A stretch of DNA of 64,000 nt from Negaprion brevirostris (Eukaryota): the NCBI GenBank assembly GCA_030324005.1, contig JARDVH010000025.1, positions 72,955,791 through 73,019,790 on the forward strand. Reading direction: 5' to 3'. A program made the translations under genes and the position numbers. Numbering within the stretch: position 1 is the stretch's first letter; every line of letters starts with the position of its first letter. A model generated the notes under the pieces. It made no database searches, was not told the DNA's origin, and saw only the letters and a program-made list of their open reading frames with translations. This document shows positions 27,419 through 38,715 of this stretch, piece by piece.

Positions 27419-27497
27419 AAAAACTCAGCAGTCTGACAGCATCAATGAAGAAAGAATAGAGCTACCTTTGCGAGTCAGGATGACCCTTCATCAGCCC
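27419..27497 (-). mobile_element. Penelope-like terminal repeat arm, opposite orientation to 25829
   Basis: Minus strand CTGATGAAGGGTCATCCTGACTCGCAAAGGTAGCTCTATTC...GATGCTGTCAGACTGCTGAGTTT. Confidence 0.6.
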
Positions 27498-27613
27498 CAT
27501 TTCATTTTTGGTGGGGGGGTGGGATGCTTGTCTTCTAATGTGGTGACTATATCACCCTGTAAAACAGGTTGCTTGAAGAGCAGAGCTGGCTGACAGATTG
27601 CTTGAAATGAGCT

Positions 27614-27750
27614 ATGCTAAACTGCCTCTTCGTATCAGGGGCACTAACTACAGTAAATGCATGGGGTTATGGGGTAGGGCCTGGGTTGGATTAAGGTCGG
27701 TGCAGGCTTGATGGGTCAAATGGCCTCCTTCTGCACTGTAGGGATTCTAC
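27614..27750 (+). mobile_element. 3' half of an HE1-like SINE
   Basis: ATGCTAAACTGCC...GTAAATGCATGGGGTTATGGGGTAGGGCCTGGGTTGGATT...AAATGGCCTCCTTCTGCACTGTAGGGATTCTA. Confidence 0.8.
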
Positions 27751-28415
27751 ATTCTCATTTCCCACAGTTCCCCCCCTCCATCCCTCACTGATCACCACCC
27801 GCCTTGAGGAAAAAATTAACAAAAATCAATAATCCGAGGGGGTTGAAGGAAGACTTTTGCAAAATGGATTTTAACACCAAAGATTTTTCCAATAAAAATG
27901 AGACACATATTCCCAGAAAAATGTGGACACACCAACATGCCACACGGCGCAACACGCCACAGACATGTAAATCTGCCTTGAAAGCAAAGCAAGGGCACCG
28001 AACCGCAGTATCTTATTGAGATTAATAGATTCATTTCCCTGAAGCAAGCAGAATTATTTCAGGACAGGCCGGGTCTGGGTTCCTTCATCGTGAACTGATT
28101 TTCTTCAAGGTTTAAACAAAACTTAAAGCCATATAAACAGAGCTGAAGTGCTTCAACATAAATGGTCGACACATCGTAGACACATTTACAGTCATCAATA
28201 ACGGAACTTACATTAAAGAGCCATCACTGGAAAGCAGTCTGTTTTATGATGCGTGGCCTTCAGTGATGGGGTTATTAGCCTTTTAATACTGTACAGATTC
28301 AGAAATGCAACATGCACCGAGTTCGGTGACCCGCCCTCAGAATTTACTCTTATGAGCTCTCGAGGTTTACGTTTAACTTTTAGATTTATTACCAGACTCG
28401 TCAATATTGCCATAC

Positions 28416-28586
28416 CAAGCAGACTGATTCCCAACCGGGACAATCCCTGCCGCAGGCCTTCCCCCAGGTTGTCTGGAAGTTGCCTTCTCCATTCCTCCTG
28501 TCGGTTGTAATGCTCTTCATCCAGGGATAGCCTATCCATGTTCCGAGCTAGACTGGTCGCCAGATTGGTGATTGATGTCAGCGTAC
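28416..28586 (-). CDS. VPS13B: VPS13B-homologous exon C (171 bp): (G)TLTSITNLATSLARNMDRLSLDEEHYNRQEEWRRQLPDNLGEGLRQGLSRLGISLL(G)
   Basis: gtacag|GTACGCTG...CTGCTTG|gtatgg; phase 1-1. Homology stops exactly at the donor (VPS13B continues AIAGIVDQ in the next exon, which I did not find). Confidence 0.93.
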
Positions 28587-28754
28587 CTGTACAGAAATGC
28601 ACAAAACAGTGGGTCCACATGATGCTGTGTTCTATTATTTTAAACAAAGCGTTTTTGTTTTAGGACGCAAAAGAACACATTGCGCAGAGCAGGTGAGTTA
28701 CTTATCCTCTGTATCTTGATAAATACTTACCTCCTAATCAGCAAGAACTTAAGG

Positions 28755-29015
28755 TGGGGAGGGAGGGGAGTTCAAAGGAGATGTGAAGGCCAAGTTTTTT
28801 TGACACAGAGAATGGTAGGTGTTTGGAACATGCTGCCAGGGGTGGCAGTGGAGGCAGATATGATAGGGGCCTTTAAGGGGCTTTTGGATAAGCACATGAA
28901 TGTGCAAGGAATAGAGGGATATGGACCAAGGACAGGCAGAAGCAATTAGTTTAATTTGGCGTCATGTTTGGCATGACACTGTGGGCTGAAGGGCCTGTTC
29001 CTGTGCAATGTTCTG
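28755..29015 (+). mobile_element. CR1 3' end inside the VPS13B-fragment intron B-C
   Basis: ORF 28680..28949 FLTQRMVGVWNMLPGVAVEADMIGAFKGLLDKHM. Confidence 0.85.
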
Positions 29016-29350
29016 TCATAAAATCGGATTATCTGATTACTATCAGATTCTTTTTCCTGTGTACACCTTGGTTGTGCATTTCCTGTACCAGCGGCTACAC
29101 TTCAACAGCACCTCATTGGGATGTCCTGAGGTCAAGCAAGGTGCTATATAAATGCAAGTCCTTTGTTTAAAGCAAAGTAAAGTTTATTTATGAGTCACAA
29201 GTTGGCTTACATTAACACTGCAATGAAGTTACTGTGAAAATCCCTGATATTTCTGATGGATTATTACATGACAGTGGAGTGATATTGTGTGTCACACAGA
29301 CTGCTTAAGGATGTGGAATTTTTAAATATAGCGAGAAAAATAACATTTAC

Positions 29351-29527
29351 CTTTGGAAATGTGTTTTACAAATGAAGTTGTTCCCCTGGAGACGCCACTG
29401 ACAAAGGCGCCTGGACCACGGGTCAGACCCTCGTATGGGAGTCTGAAGAAATCGGCAATCCCATTACCAATACTTCGCACCAGGTTAGCGGGACTTCCAA
29501 GAATTTCCAGGGAGCCAACGACCCAGC
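29351..29527 (-). CDS. VPS13B: VPS13B-homologous exon B (177 bp): (G)WVVGSLEILGSPANLVRSIGNGIADFFRLPYEGLTRGPGAFVSGVSRGTTSFVKHISK
   Basis: atgcag|GCTGGGTC...TCCAAAG|gtaaat; phase 1-1, in frame with exon A; near-identical to the recalled VPS13B C-terminal region. Confidence 0.94.
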
Positions 29528-29599
29528 CTGCATGGAGCACAAACCAAAAATGTCAATGGCAATTCAAATGAGAAAGCAAATAAAATTTCCTGAGAAGTA

Positions 29600-29995
29600 A
29601 AAACTTGCATTCGATACAGCCTTTCAGAACATCCCAAAGCTCTTCCAATCCATTTGTCACCTAAGTAATGGAGAGTGAATGGCAGCCAATTTGCACACAA
29701 ACTCTCACAAACTGATAATGAGTAGATAATCTGCTTTGGTGATGTTGATTGAGCAGTAAACTTTGGCCAGGGCAAAATGGAGATCTGCCCTAGGCTTCAT
29801 CAAAATGCAGTCATGAGATATCGAACTGACAGCCCAGGGAGAAGAAAGGGCTTGGTTTAGCATTTAATCAATAAGGTGGCACCTTTGACAGTGCATCACT
29901 CCATCAATACTGTACTAGAGCCTACACTTCCATAGCTCGGGTGAGATTTGACCCCACAACAAAGGTGAAAGTGTTACCGACTGAACCATGGCTGT
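29600..29995 (-). mobile_element. Deu-domain SINE (SacSINE1/AmnSINE1-like), old
   Basis: GGCAGCCAATTTGCACACA...GGTGATGTTGATTGAG...GGCACCTTTGACAGTGCATCACTCCATCAATACTG; related remnants near 5930, 6940, 29100, 37190, 38900 and 49940. Confidence 0.65.
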
Positions 29996-30134
29996 TATTA
30001 AATCTGTTGTTCAGCTCAACTTTAAAAATGGCCATTGGTGTTTTTGGTATCTTTATATGAGCCCCTTGGAGAACAGTCTAAAGCAATGAAAGGAGTAGTA
30101 GGTAGATTACAAAAAGAGAGGGCTAGAGAGGTAG

Positions 30135-30795
30135 GAACATAGGAGAAGTAGGCAAATTCATTCCTTCAAGCATGATCCGCCAATCAGATCATGGCTGATC
30201 TCTCCCTGGTCTCAGATCCACCTTCCCACCTGTTCCCCATACCCCTTTTCCTTATTAGAAATACATCTATCTCCTTTTTGAAACAATTCAACGATTTAGA
30301 CTCTACCGCGCTATGGGACAGAGAGTTCCACAAATTCACCACCCTCTGTGAGAAGTAGCTCTTCCTCTTCTCAGGTTTAAATCTACTGCCTCTGTGACCT
30401 CTTGTTCAAGACTGTCCCCAGGTGGGGCTTACAAAGGTAATTCTGGTGCTTACACGGTATTTATTGGCAGCAGCTTGGCTGCAGAACTGATAGACTGGGG
30501 AACAAATATTTAAAACATTGCAGGTGATAAAAACAGAGATGCGGAGGGCTTCCTTCTTTTCAGAAAGAATCTGGGGAATTCTTTTCCACAGAGGGCTGTA
30601 GAGGCTGGGTTGTTAAGTATGTTCAAGGCTGAGATAGACAGATTCTTAATCAGTAAGGGAATCAAGGGGTTAGGATGACAAGGCAGGAAAGTGGAGTTGA
30701 GAATTATCATATCAGATCAGTCATGGTCTCACTGAATGCCGGAGCTGACTCAATGGGCCAAATGGTCTACTTCTGCTCCTGAGTCTTATGGTCAA
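30135..30795. mobile_element. Two CR1 3' ends in opposite orientation (about 30135-30420 minus; about 30555-30795 plus)
   Basis: AGAGTTCCACAAATTCACCACCCTCTGTGAGAAG versus GGAATTCTTTTCCACAGAGGGCTGTAGAGGCTGGG...CTACTTCTGCTCCTGAGTCTTATGGTC. Confidence 0.8.
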
Positions 30796-31574
30796 GTAAT
30801 TTGTCTTACACTCCCACCCACTATTCCCATATCCTTCGATTCCATCGGAATGACGAGCTTTTAACACTCTCCTTCAATATGAAGTCCCTAGCTAAGAATT
30901 ATAGCATTTGAGATAGTAACATGTATCACCATGTTTTTTGCAAGAGTCCTGAGAAGAAATTAAATATAATCAGAGTATGAGTGAACTAGGAATTCCAATC
31001 GTTCCACCACCCAGCAGTATCTGACTCGGGTCTAGTCCTGTCCTTTTGTTCAAGGATGCTGAGGTCAATTGTACAATCTCAGAGTCTAGTCTCCAGGGAT
31101 GAGGGTTAGCTGATTTATCAAGAAGCAGCATTTAATCTTCTTCTGGTACTTGTCTTTTCAGGAAGAGATCTTATCCATGGGAAAAAACTGACAATTCTGG
31201 ATAAGCTCCTGGTAGCTGGAAAACCCAGAGTTTAACTTTCACTGTGAAATGGGCAAAATCAGGGCAGGCCTTTTGGGGTGAATTTACAAAACACTTCAAC
31301 ATGTTGAAGGTAGAGGGTTGGAACTGTCTTCTGCGTAATACTAAGTCAAATATTAAGTTAAAAGTTGACATTGATAGATTTACATTAGCCAAAAGTATTA
31401 AGGGATGGGACCATGGCATAGGCAGGGTGTAAGAGGTTGGGTCACAGCTCAACCATGTTCTCGTCGGATTGGATTCAAGGGGTTAAATGGCCTAATCCTG
31501 TTCAAGAGGCTTACAAGAGGGGGCCACTGTGGTTTTGCCTGCCTTCATAGACCTTGCCCAAGCTGAATTTTTTG

Positions 31575-32218
31575 TATTCATTCATGGAACATGGGTGATG
31601 CTGGCTCCTCAGCATTTATTGCCCATCCCCAGTTGCCCTTGGAGGGCAGTTGAGAATCAACCACATTGGTAGCACAGTGGTTAGCACAGCTACCTCACAG
31701 CACCAGCGACCCGGGTTCAATTCCTGGCTTGGGTCACTGGCTGCGTGGAGTTTGCATGTTCTCCCCGTGTCTGCATGAGTTTCCTCTGGGTCTCTGGTTT
31801 CCTCCTACAGTCTGAAAGGCGTGCTGGTTAAGTGTATTGGCAATGTTAAATTCTCCCTCAGAGTACCTGAATAGGTGCCAGAGTGTGGCGACCAGGGGAT
31901 TTTCACAGTAACTTCATTGCACTGTTAATTTAAGCCTACTTGTGATTAATAAAGTTTTTTTTAAACTTGTTGTGACTCTGGAATCACAAGTAGGCCAACA
32001 AGTAAGCTGATTTCCTTCCCCAAAGGGCATTAGTGAACCAGATGGGTATTTCTGACAATCGATAATAGTTTTGTGGTCATCAGTAGGTTCTTAAATCCAG
32101 ATTTTTTTTTACTGAATTCAAATTCCACCATGTGCCATCTAACCCAGGTCCCCAGAACATTAGCTGAGTTCCTGGCTTAATAATGTAACAATAATGCCAT
32201 TCAGCCATCGCCTCTCCA
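31575..32218 (-). mobile_element. Shark SINE-like element split by a plus-strand HE1-like SINE (31668-31966)
   Basis: Host element ...GAGAATCAACCACATT|insert|TTGTTGTGACTCTGGAATCAC... (a related stretch occurs uninterrupted near 40560-40670); insert has tRNA head, V-domain and the alternative tail. Confidence 0.7.
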
Positions 32219-32265
32219 GTGCTGACCATGAATGGGAATATCAACATTTTAATGGCTGCACTAAC

Positions 32266-33089
32266 CTGCTCGAAATAATGCTCCTGCGGCGTAGTGCATG
32301 GCAAGTGCATGGATGAGCTGCCTGGGAGTGGTGTAGATGGGCCCTCGTTCAAAGAGAGAGAAGGAGAGGGGAGCGTGATCTGATGCAATGTATAACTTTA
32401 TTGAAGCGTGGACGCTGACTAGTAAACTGATGGCGTGGATGGTCAATCGTTGCAGTCTGATTGGATTAACGAGCGCTTGGGTTGCATTGACCACTTGCTC
32501 AGGCACAAAGAGGTCAGTCGCTGAAGACACTCGCACTTGTTTCCGGTACAGTCCGGCGTCCGGGATGTATGTGTTAAACAGAGTCTTGAGGTAATATACA
32601 AATGTGTCTTCCACGTAAAGTCTTGCAGGCTTCAATTCAAAGTCCAGCTCATTCACGGTGAAGGCAAAGTTCTGCTCTTGAAGGAGGGCGCAGGCCGTTA
32701 GAAAACATTTGCGTTTGTAGTCATCAATATCTCTAGCCAAAAGTGTTGAACTGGAGCCACTTCTCCACTGTGGCCTTTCCGGTTTCAGCTCTTGGCAGAG
32801 CAGGGCAGGGAAGTGAAAGCTTGCTTTGTGGTACAGCTGGTTGTCAATCTGCAAGTCCCCGACGCAGACCTCGAGCATATAAAGTTCCGCAAATCCATCA
32901 GCGGGCTCTGGCCGGAATTCCCGCAGCAGAGGCCTGGACTGGTTCACCATTGGCGCGAGGTTCAACAGGACATTATCCAGTGTCAGCCTCAGCAGCTCTG
33001 AAGATTTGCAGTGATTGGTCACATCATCGTTGATCGTCAGGCTTGCTTGAGTAATTAGCACTCTCATTGCAATGGCCTGTTTCGGTGTC
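32266..33089 (-). CDS. VPS13B: VPS13B-homologous exon A (824 bp; the large late exon, about exon 56 in human), nested in RAB10 intron 5
   Basis: Within ORF 32261..33280: ELLRLTLDN...GDLQIDNQLY...FELKPARLYVEDTFVYY...HALAMHYAAGALFRA matches VPS13B as recalled. Acceptor tttgtgcacag|G, donor GCAG|gttagt; no stops or frameshifts. Confidence 0.92.
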
Positions 33090-33554
33090 CTGTGCACAAA
33101 AATGAGAGGAAACCACACGTTAAAATTTGTCTGCGCTGCAGAAATGCAACAGGCAAGAAGCATTTTTAAGAGTCTCAAAAGACTAAGGATACGCAATTCG
33201 TCTGTCACTGTATGATTCGTAAAACATTTAAGAGAATCCTCCTGAGAACAAATGGGAAATGTTAAGTGCCGTTTTCTCAAACACTGTGCACGAAGCTCTT
33301 TGAACTGTTTCTCATGAGCCTGCTAATAAGGATCAGACCAGCTATTCATAAAGATTGTCATCTTTCTGGATTTTAACCATTTTTAGCCTGGCAGCCACAA
33401 ACTATTTTTAAAAAAAACCTTAAATGCCAAAAGCCCCCAAGCTGCTTTCGAGCAAAACCAGATGATTGTTGGGTGGCTGAGGAGCTCCGATGTCCCAGGG
33501 TCAGCAGCTGAATTTGGCTTGTGTTAATTTATCACTGGCTGAACAACAGGTTCA

Positions 33555-33905
33555 GGACGCCACGGTGGCATAGTGGTCAGGACTGCTGCCTCACAGCTAG
33601 GGACCCAGGTTCGATTCCTGGCTTGGGTCACTATCTGTGCGGAGTCTGCACATTCTCCCCATGTCTGTGTGGGGTTTCCTCTGGGTGCTCCGGTTTCCTC
33701 CCACAATGCGNNNNNNNNNNNNNNNNNNNNNNNNNNNNNNNNNNNNNNNNNNNNNNNNNNNNNNNNNNNNNNNNNNNNNNNNNNNNNNNNNNNNNNNNNN
33801 NNNNNNNNNNAGAATTTAGCATGGCCAATGCACCTAACCAGCATGTCTTTCGGACTGTGGGAGGAAACCGGAGCACCCGGAGGAAACGCACGCAGACACG
33901 GGGAG
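33555..33905. mobile_element. Two HE1-like SINE parts in inverted orientation flanking the 33711-33810 gap
   Basis: 33555-33710 is a plus-strand head and V-domain; 33811-33905 is a minus-strand V-domain. Confidence 0.85.
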
Positions 33906-34834
33906 CACCTGAAATTTAAGTTTCAAAAGCACCTTCCACCAATGTGATCTCAAAAATTCTGATAATAAGCACAATGCAGTTGGTTGGGAAAGTTCTGTGA
34001 TTGGAGGTCCCTCCTTCCTGTCTCATTGTCAGCTGATAGTGAGCTTCCGCAGTGAGATTTTTCCCCTGCCCCGTACCTCCCAGTGCACACAGCAACACCT
34101 TAAATTGTAATCAGAATCGTAACGGAACTTGCACAAAGCCAGAGAGCAGAGGGGGTGCCCAATTCCTGTTCCGCTGCTGGGAATGGCACACCACAGTTAA
34201 TATTCCGCCTGTTCACTCTCCTTCTCTCTCCGCAGATGCTGCCTGACCTGCTAAGCATTTTCAGTAAATGTTATGTAGGAGCACCAACATCTGGAAATTG
34301 CCCTCCGATCACTTCTGACATGGAAATCTATCAGCCGTTCCTTCACTGAGTCAAGTTCCTAGAACTCCCTTCCTAACAGCACTGTGGGTGCATCTACACC
34401 ACACAGACTGCAGCAGTTCAAGAAGGCAGCTCACCATCACCTGCTCAAGGGGCACCACCCACATCCGATGAATGGTGGTCGGGGTCTGGAATGACCTGCC
34501 TGGAAGTGTGGTGGAGGCAGGTTCAATCAAGACACTCAAGAGGGCATTAGATGATTATTTGAATAGAAACAATGTGCTGGGATACAGGGAAAAGGCAGGG
34601 GAATGACATTAAGCCATGATGCTTATTTGGAAAGCCAGAGCAGACACGATAAGCCAAATGGCCTCCTTCTACACCTAACAATTCTGTGATTTTTTTACTG
34701 CTTTTATTTCAAATTTCCATTATCTGCAGCATTTTATTTGTTGAATTTGCTAAGGGGATCCAGGCCAGAATTCTTTGGCTGTTCACACCCCTACAGCCAG
34801 GGAGGATGGAGAGTTCGGCACACAGTCAAATTGA

Positions 34835-35173
34835 GGGCGGCACGGTGACACAGTGGTTAGCACTGCTGCCTCACAGCACCAGGCACCTGGGTTCAATTCC
34901 TGGCTTGGGTCACTCTCAGTGGAGAGTTTGCACATTCTCTCTGTGGGTTTCTTCTGGGTGTTCCGGTTTCCTCCCACAGTCCAAAGATGTGTGGGTTAGG
35001 TTGATTGGCCATGCTTAATTGCCCCTTAATGCTCCGGGATGAGTAGATTAGAGGGATTAGTGGAGTAAATGCATGGGATTATGGAGTTAGGGCCTGGGTG
35101 GGATTGTGGTCAGTGCAAATTTGATGGACCAAATGGCCTCCTTCTGCACTGGAGGGATTCTATGATGATTCTA
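34835..35173 (+). mobile_element. HE1-like SINE, full length, CR1-type tail
   Basis: GGGCGGCACGGTGACACAGTGGTTAGCACTGCTGCCTCACAGC...GGTTCAATTCC...AAATGGCCTCCTTCTGCACTGGAGGGATTCTATGATGATTCT. Confidence 0.9.
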
Positions 35174-36147
35174 CATCTATTGGTTATATATTACTCATGT
35201 CTTAACAAACAGACTCAGATGCAATGCTTCAAGGGTGTACTAGTTTCTGACAAATATTTTGCTATTCCAGCTATTAGTGTCCAACATTCAATCGCATTTG
35301 ATAAACGTTACTCTAAATTTAAGACAACTGAAATTTACCCTTTGGGCACAAATTGTACGCGACTTAAAATTTGCAGTACACATTTCTGCTGAATTTACTT
35401 AGATGAAACAATGAAGCAATTAATAGATTTTTGTAAAAGCAGAGTAACCTGGTGCTGAAATAGGGATTATTGTTAAAAGTAAGCACATTTAAAGTGCTAG
35501 CCCACCCAATCTTTGAACCCCAACTTTAAAAACAACTTGAAATGCCTTCAATAAATTAAATTTAACAATTTTAATTTGAGACAGTTGTAGTAAATTATGA
35601 ATTGAAAACTTTCTAAAACGTGTCTATGGCCAATGCATCTAAAAACAAGCTCAATTTGAACACTGTCTCCTCAAGCTGTCACACATTAGGGGCAGTTGGC
35701 AGAAGCTCATCATATTCACTGTATTAACTTGCAGACAAGGCCAGGTCTGTAGGCTTCGCCATCTTCCAGTGCAATTTAAATTAGCACTGAAGTTTGTAGA
35801 ATCTGTACACTTGCCATAACTAGCATTTAAAATCCTGCTTTTTTGCAGTGGTTTGGCAACTTTTAGTTAAATATCAGCACAAACTAGTGAAGACTTACTA
35901 GTATCCCGACAGATAATATGCTAATTCTAGAAGCAAAAATACTTTGATTTCCAGTGTTATTACATAGAAACAAGTAGTGAGAAACTTGTTTATAGATCTG
36001 TTTGATCTCAACTTAAACAATGCTTTGAAATCTTTGAAAAATTGAGCTTGCTTTCTAATCCTACAATATAATTTCAATTGATAAACTGGCAATCACTCAA
36101 ATTCCTCAGCTATGAATGGCTTATTTACAGGTTGTTCCAATAGTTAC

Positions 36148-36249
36148 CTTTCGAAGTATGTCTTCTGCTAATGTGAGGAATGCTTTCTCAATGTTGATAT
36201 TAGCTTTTGCACTAGTCTCGAAAAATCTAATCCCATGTTCTCTGGCAAT
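36148..36249 (-). CDS. RAB10: RAB10 coding exon 5 (102 bp): [34 protein letters not shown]
   Basis: ttctag|ATTGCC...CGAAAG|gtaact. G5 ETSAK motif; phase 0 at both ends. Confidence 0.98.
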
Positions 36250-38530
36250 CTAGAATGAAACAATTAGTAAATTCACAAAGAATATCAAATAACTTGGTAG
36301 CTTTTGTTGATGTCAAGCCATCTTAAAATATTTAACCATGCATTAATAATAAACCTAGCAACTATGTTCATGAGCATCACAGACAAATACACACTGCAAT
36401 ATGCTTTAATAGTGGTACATATATTCAGGAATCAGCTGACAATTTTTAATAGGAGGCAGTGCCCAGTTACACAGCTCAAAGCTAGTTGATTGTTGTGTTG
36501 TTTTATTTTAAAAGTCTGCCTCCACAAGGAGGTTAAGAATACTCACGTTAAATCCTACCATGATTGGACTAAAATTGCTTTAATAAAATTACAAGAATGC
36601 AAAATTGTGTAGTCTGGGCATCAATCCGATCAGCATAATCTGAAAATGATTTGGCTAGTACTCTGCCACCACATCCCTATTTTAATTTTTATATTTCCTT
36701 TCCTGTTTTCTGATGCAAATTTCACAATTATTTTTCAGCTTGCTCTGAACTGCTTAATATGTTTCAATTTACAAAGGTATATGCATTGTCAGGAAAGCAA
36801 CGGTTATAAATTGACCACTTGTAGAATTTTTTTTAAATACACGGGCTGTGGGCATCACTGGCAAGACCAGCATGCGTTACCCATCACTTCTTGTCCTTAA
36901 GATAGGAGCAAGTCAGTTCCTGAACCATTGCAATCCAATGTAGTGTCAGTACACCCACAGTGCTATCAAGGGGAGATGGTTAGTGTATCACTTGTTGGGA
37001 GACAACCACTGCCTGGCACTTGTGGCATCACTTATTTGCCACTTATCAGTCCAAGCCTCAATGTTAACCAAGTCTTGCTGAATATGGACAAGAGCTGCTT
37101 TAGTATCTGAGAAGTTGTGAATGGTGAAGACTGTGCAGTGAAGAGTCTTTTTAGTAAAACAAAAATTAAGTGTGATTACTTGCTGCAAAATAGAAGGCAG
37201 TTAATTTACACACAACAACACAAAATGGCAATGAGATAACACCTAGATACTTAATAGTTCATTGAGGGATAAATATTGACCAGGACAGTGATGACAGTTC
37301 CCTTGCTCTCAATATCTACAAGGTACATTTTGAAATGTACTGAAGATGAGTAATGTCTTATCTAAAGAACAGAATGCCCATTATTTTGTTCCAAATTTTC
37401 ATGCTGCTAATTAGCGAACTAAAAAACTGAGTAAGACTATAGATTTTGGACTCCCAAGCTTTATCTGCAGAGAGGACCTTTAGCCATATAAAAGGCAGCA
37501 GTGATTGAATCATGTGCATCCAGGATTATGAGTTAAAGTCTAACAGCTTCCTCCACCATGAAGTTGTCAACTATTCCACTAAAAATCAACTAAATTGTTG
37601 CCCGATTCAGTGTCTCACTTTGCTCATGCTTTCTCAGCCCATCAATTCTCATGTTCAAGCATACATGGCCCTTCCATCTCCCAGACTGGTTGACATGTAT
37701 CTGCATTCCAACCTCTTTCAGCCTGCATGTAACCTTTTTCCACTACCGCAAGATTATCATGCCACCAGCGTGAGTTAAGTTCGGGCTGCGAGTTGGTGGG
37801 CTAAATAAAAAAGTACTTCTCTTCCAAGCCTCCACAACTCCCAAGAATTAATTGCTGGAAATCTAGGTTGGCAAAGAAAGAGGCAAGGAGGAGGAGAGAA
37901 ATAGCAGGGAGTACGGAACAAAATCCAAAATGCTTTAGCAAACATATGGGCAGAAAATAAGCTTAGGGCTGCAGAAGATCATAAATGCCCCTTTTGTTCT
38001 AAATACTCTGAAGTATAAACTTAAACTAAGTATATACATGATAAGAATAAACAAAATTAAAATCTGAGATTTAAAGTGAAAATATTATCAGCATGCAATA
38101 GAGAAAAAGAAATTGAAAAGCATTTGCTTCATATGCTGGACAGAAACTCCAAATAACATTTTTACCAAGATCCTATCCAATGTATCTTTAAGCAGATGCA
38201 TTTCATTTTCAAATATTTAATCCTCAAGGGCAAATTACTTCAAAACTGAAGTAATAAATGCAGCATTTGAGTTGTGATACACGACTTACAGAAATCAAGA
38301 AACTCCTTTGAAAAAACTGTCCACAAGAGTGGAACAATATAATTTGTTTAGAAGCTTTAAATGAAAGACAGGTATTTGCAGGGGAAATAAAAGTCATCCT
38401 GGGATGTCTTGCACACTACATTGATGTTGGTTGTACAATGACAGAGTTCAAGGCTGGGTACAGATATTAACTTTTCAACTAGAAGAGAAGTAATCATGTG
38501 TCAAACGCAAACCATCTCATCTATTTCAGG

Positions 38531-38715
38531 GTGGAGAGAACAGAGCCAACGTTTCAAGTCCAGATGACCCTTTGTCAGAGCCAGCTTTGACAAAGGATCA
38601 TTTAGACTTGAAATGCTGGCTGTATCCTCTCCCACAGATACTGCCAGGCCTGCCGAGATTTTTCCAGCATTTTCTTTTGTTTCAGATTCTAGCATCCGCA
38701 GTATTTTGGTTTTAT
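38531..38715. mobile_element. Palindromic (head-to-head) Penelope-like terminal repeat
   Basis: 38531-38581 is an imperfect inverted repeat of 38583-38635; both arms carry hammerhead-like cores. Confidence 0.7.

Noticed and set aside
33090-33280. N-terminal 63 aa of the 339-aa ORF (MRKRHL...IFVH)
   Set aside because: Non-ATG start, no VPS13B similarity, and upstream of a clear acceptor; intronic.
27419-34740. Inverted Penelope-like arms (27419-27497 and 34222-34265 plus 34695-34740) bracketing the VPS13B cassette, suggesting capture by an element
   Set aside because: The arms look like different subfamilies (GTCAGAC versus GCCTGAC), such arms recur elsewhere in the window, and I found no target-site duplication.
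34835-34910. tRNA-like A/B-box sequences here and at other SINE heads
   Set aside because: They are SINE heads followed by V-domains, not tRNA genes.
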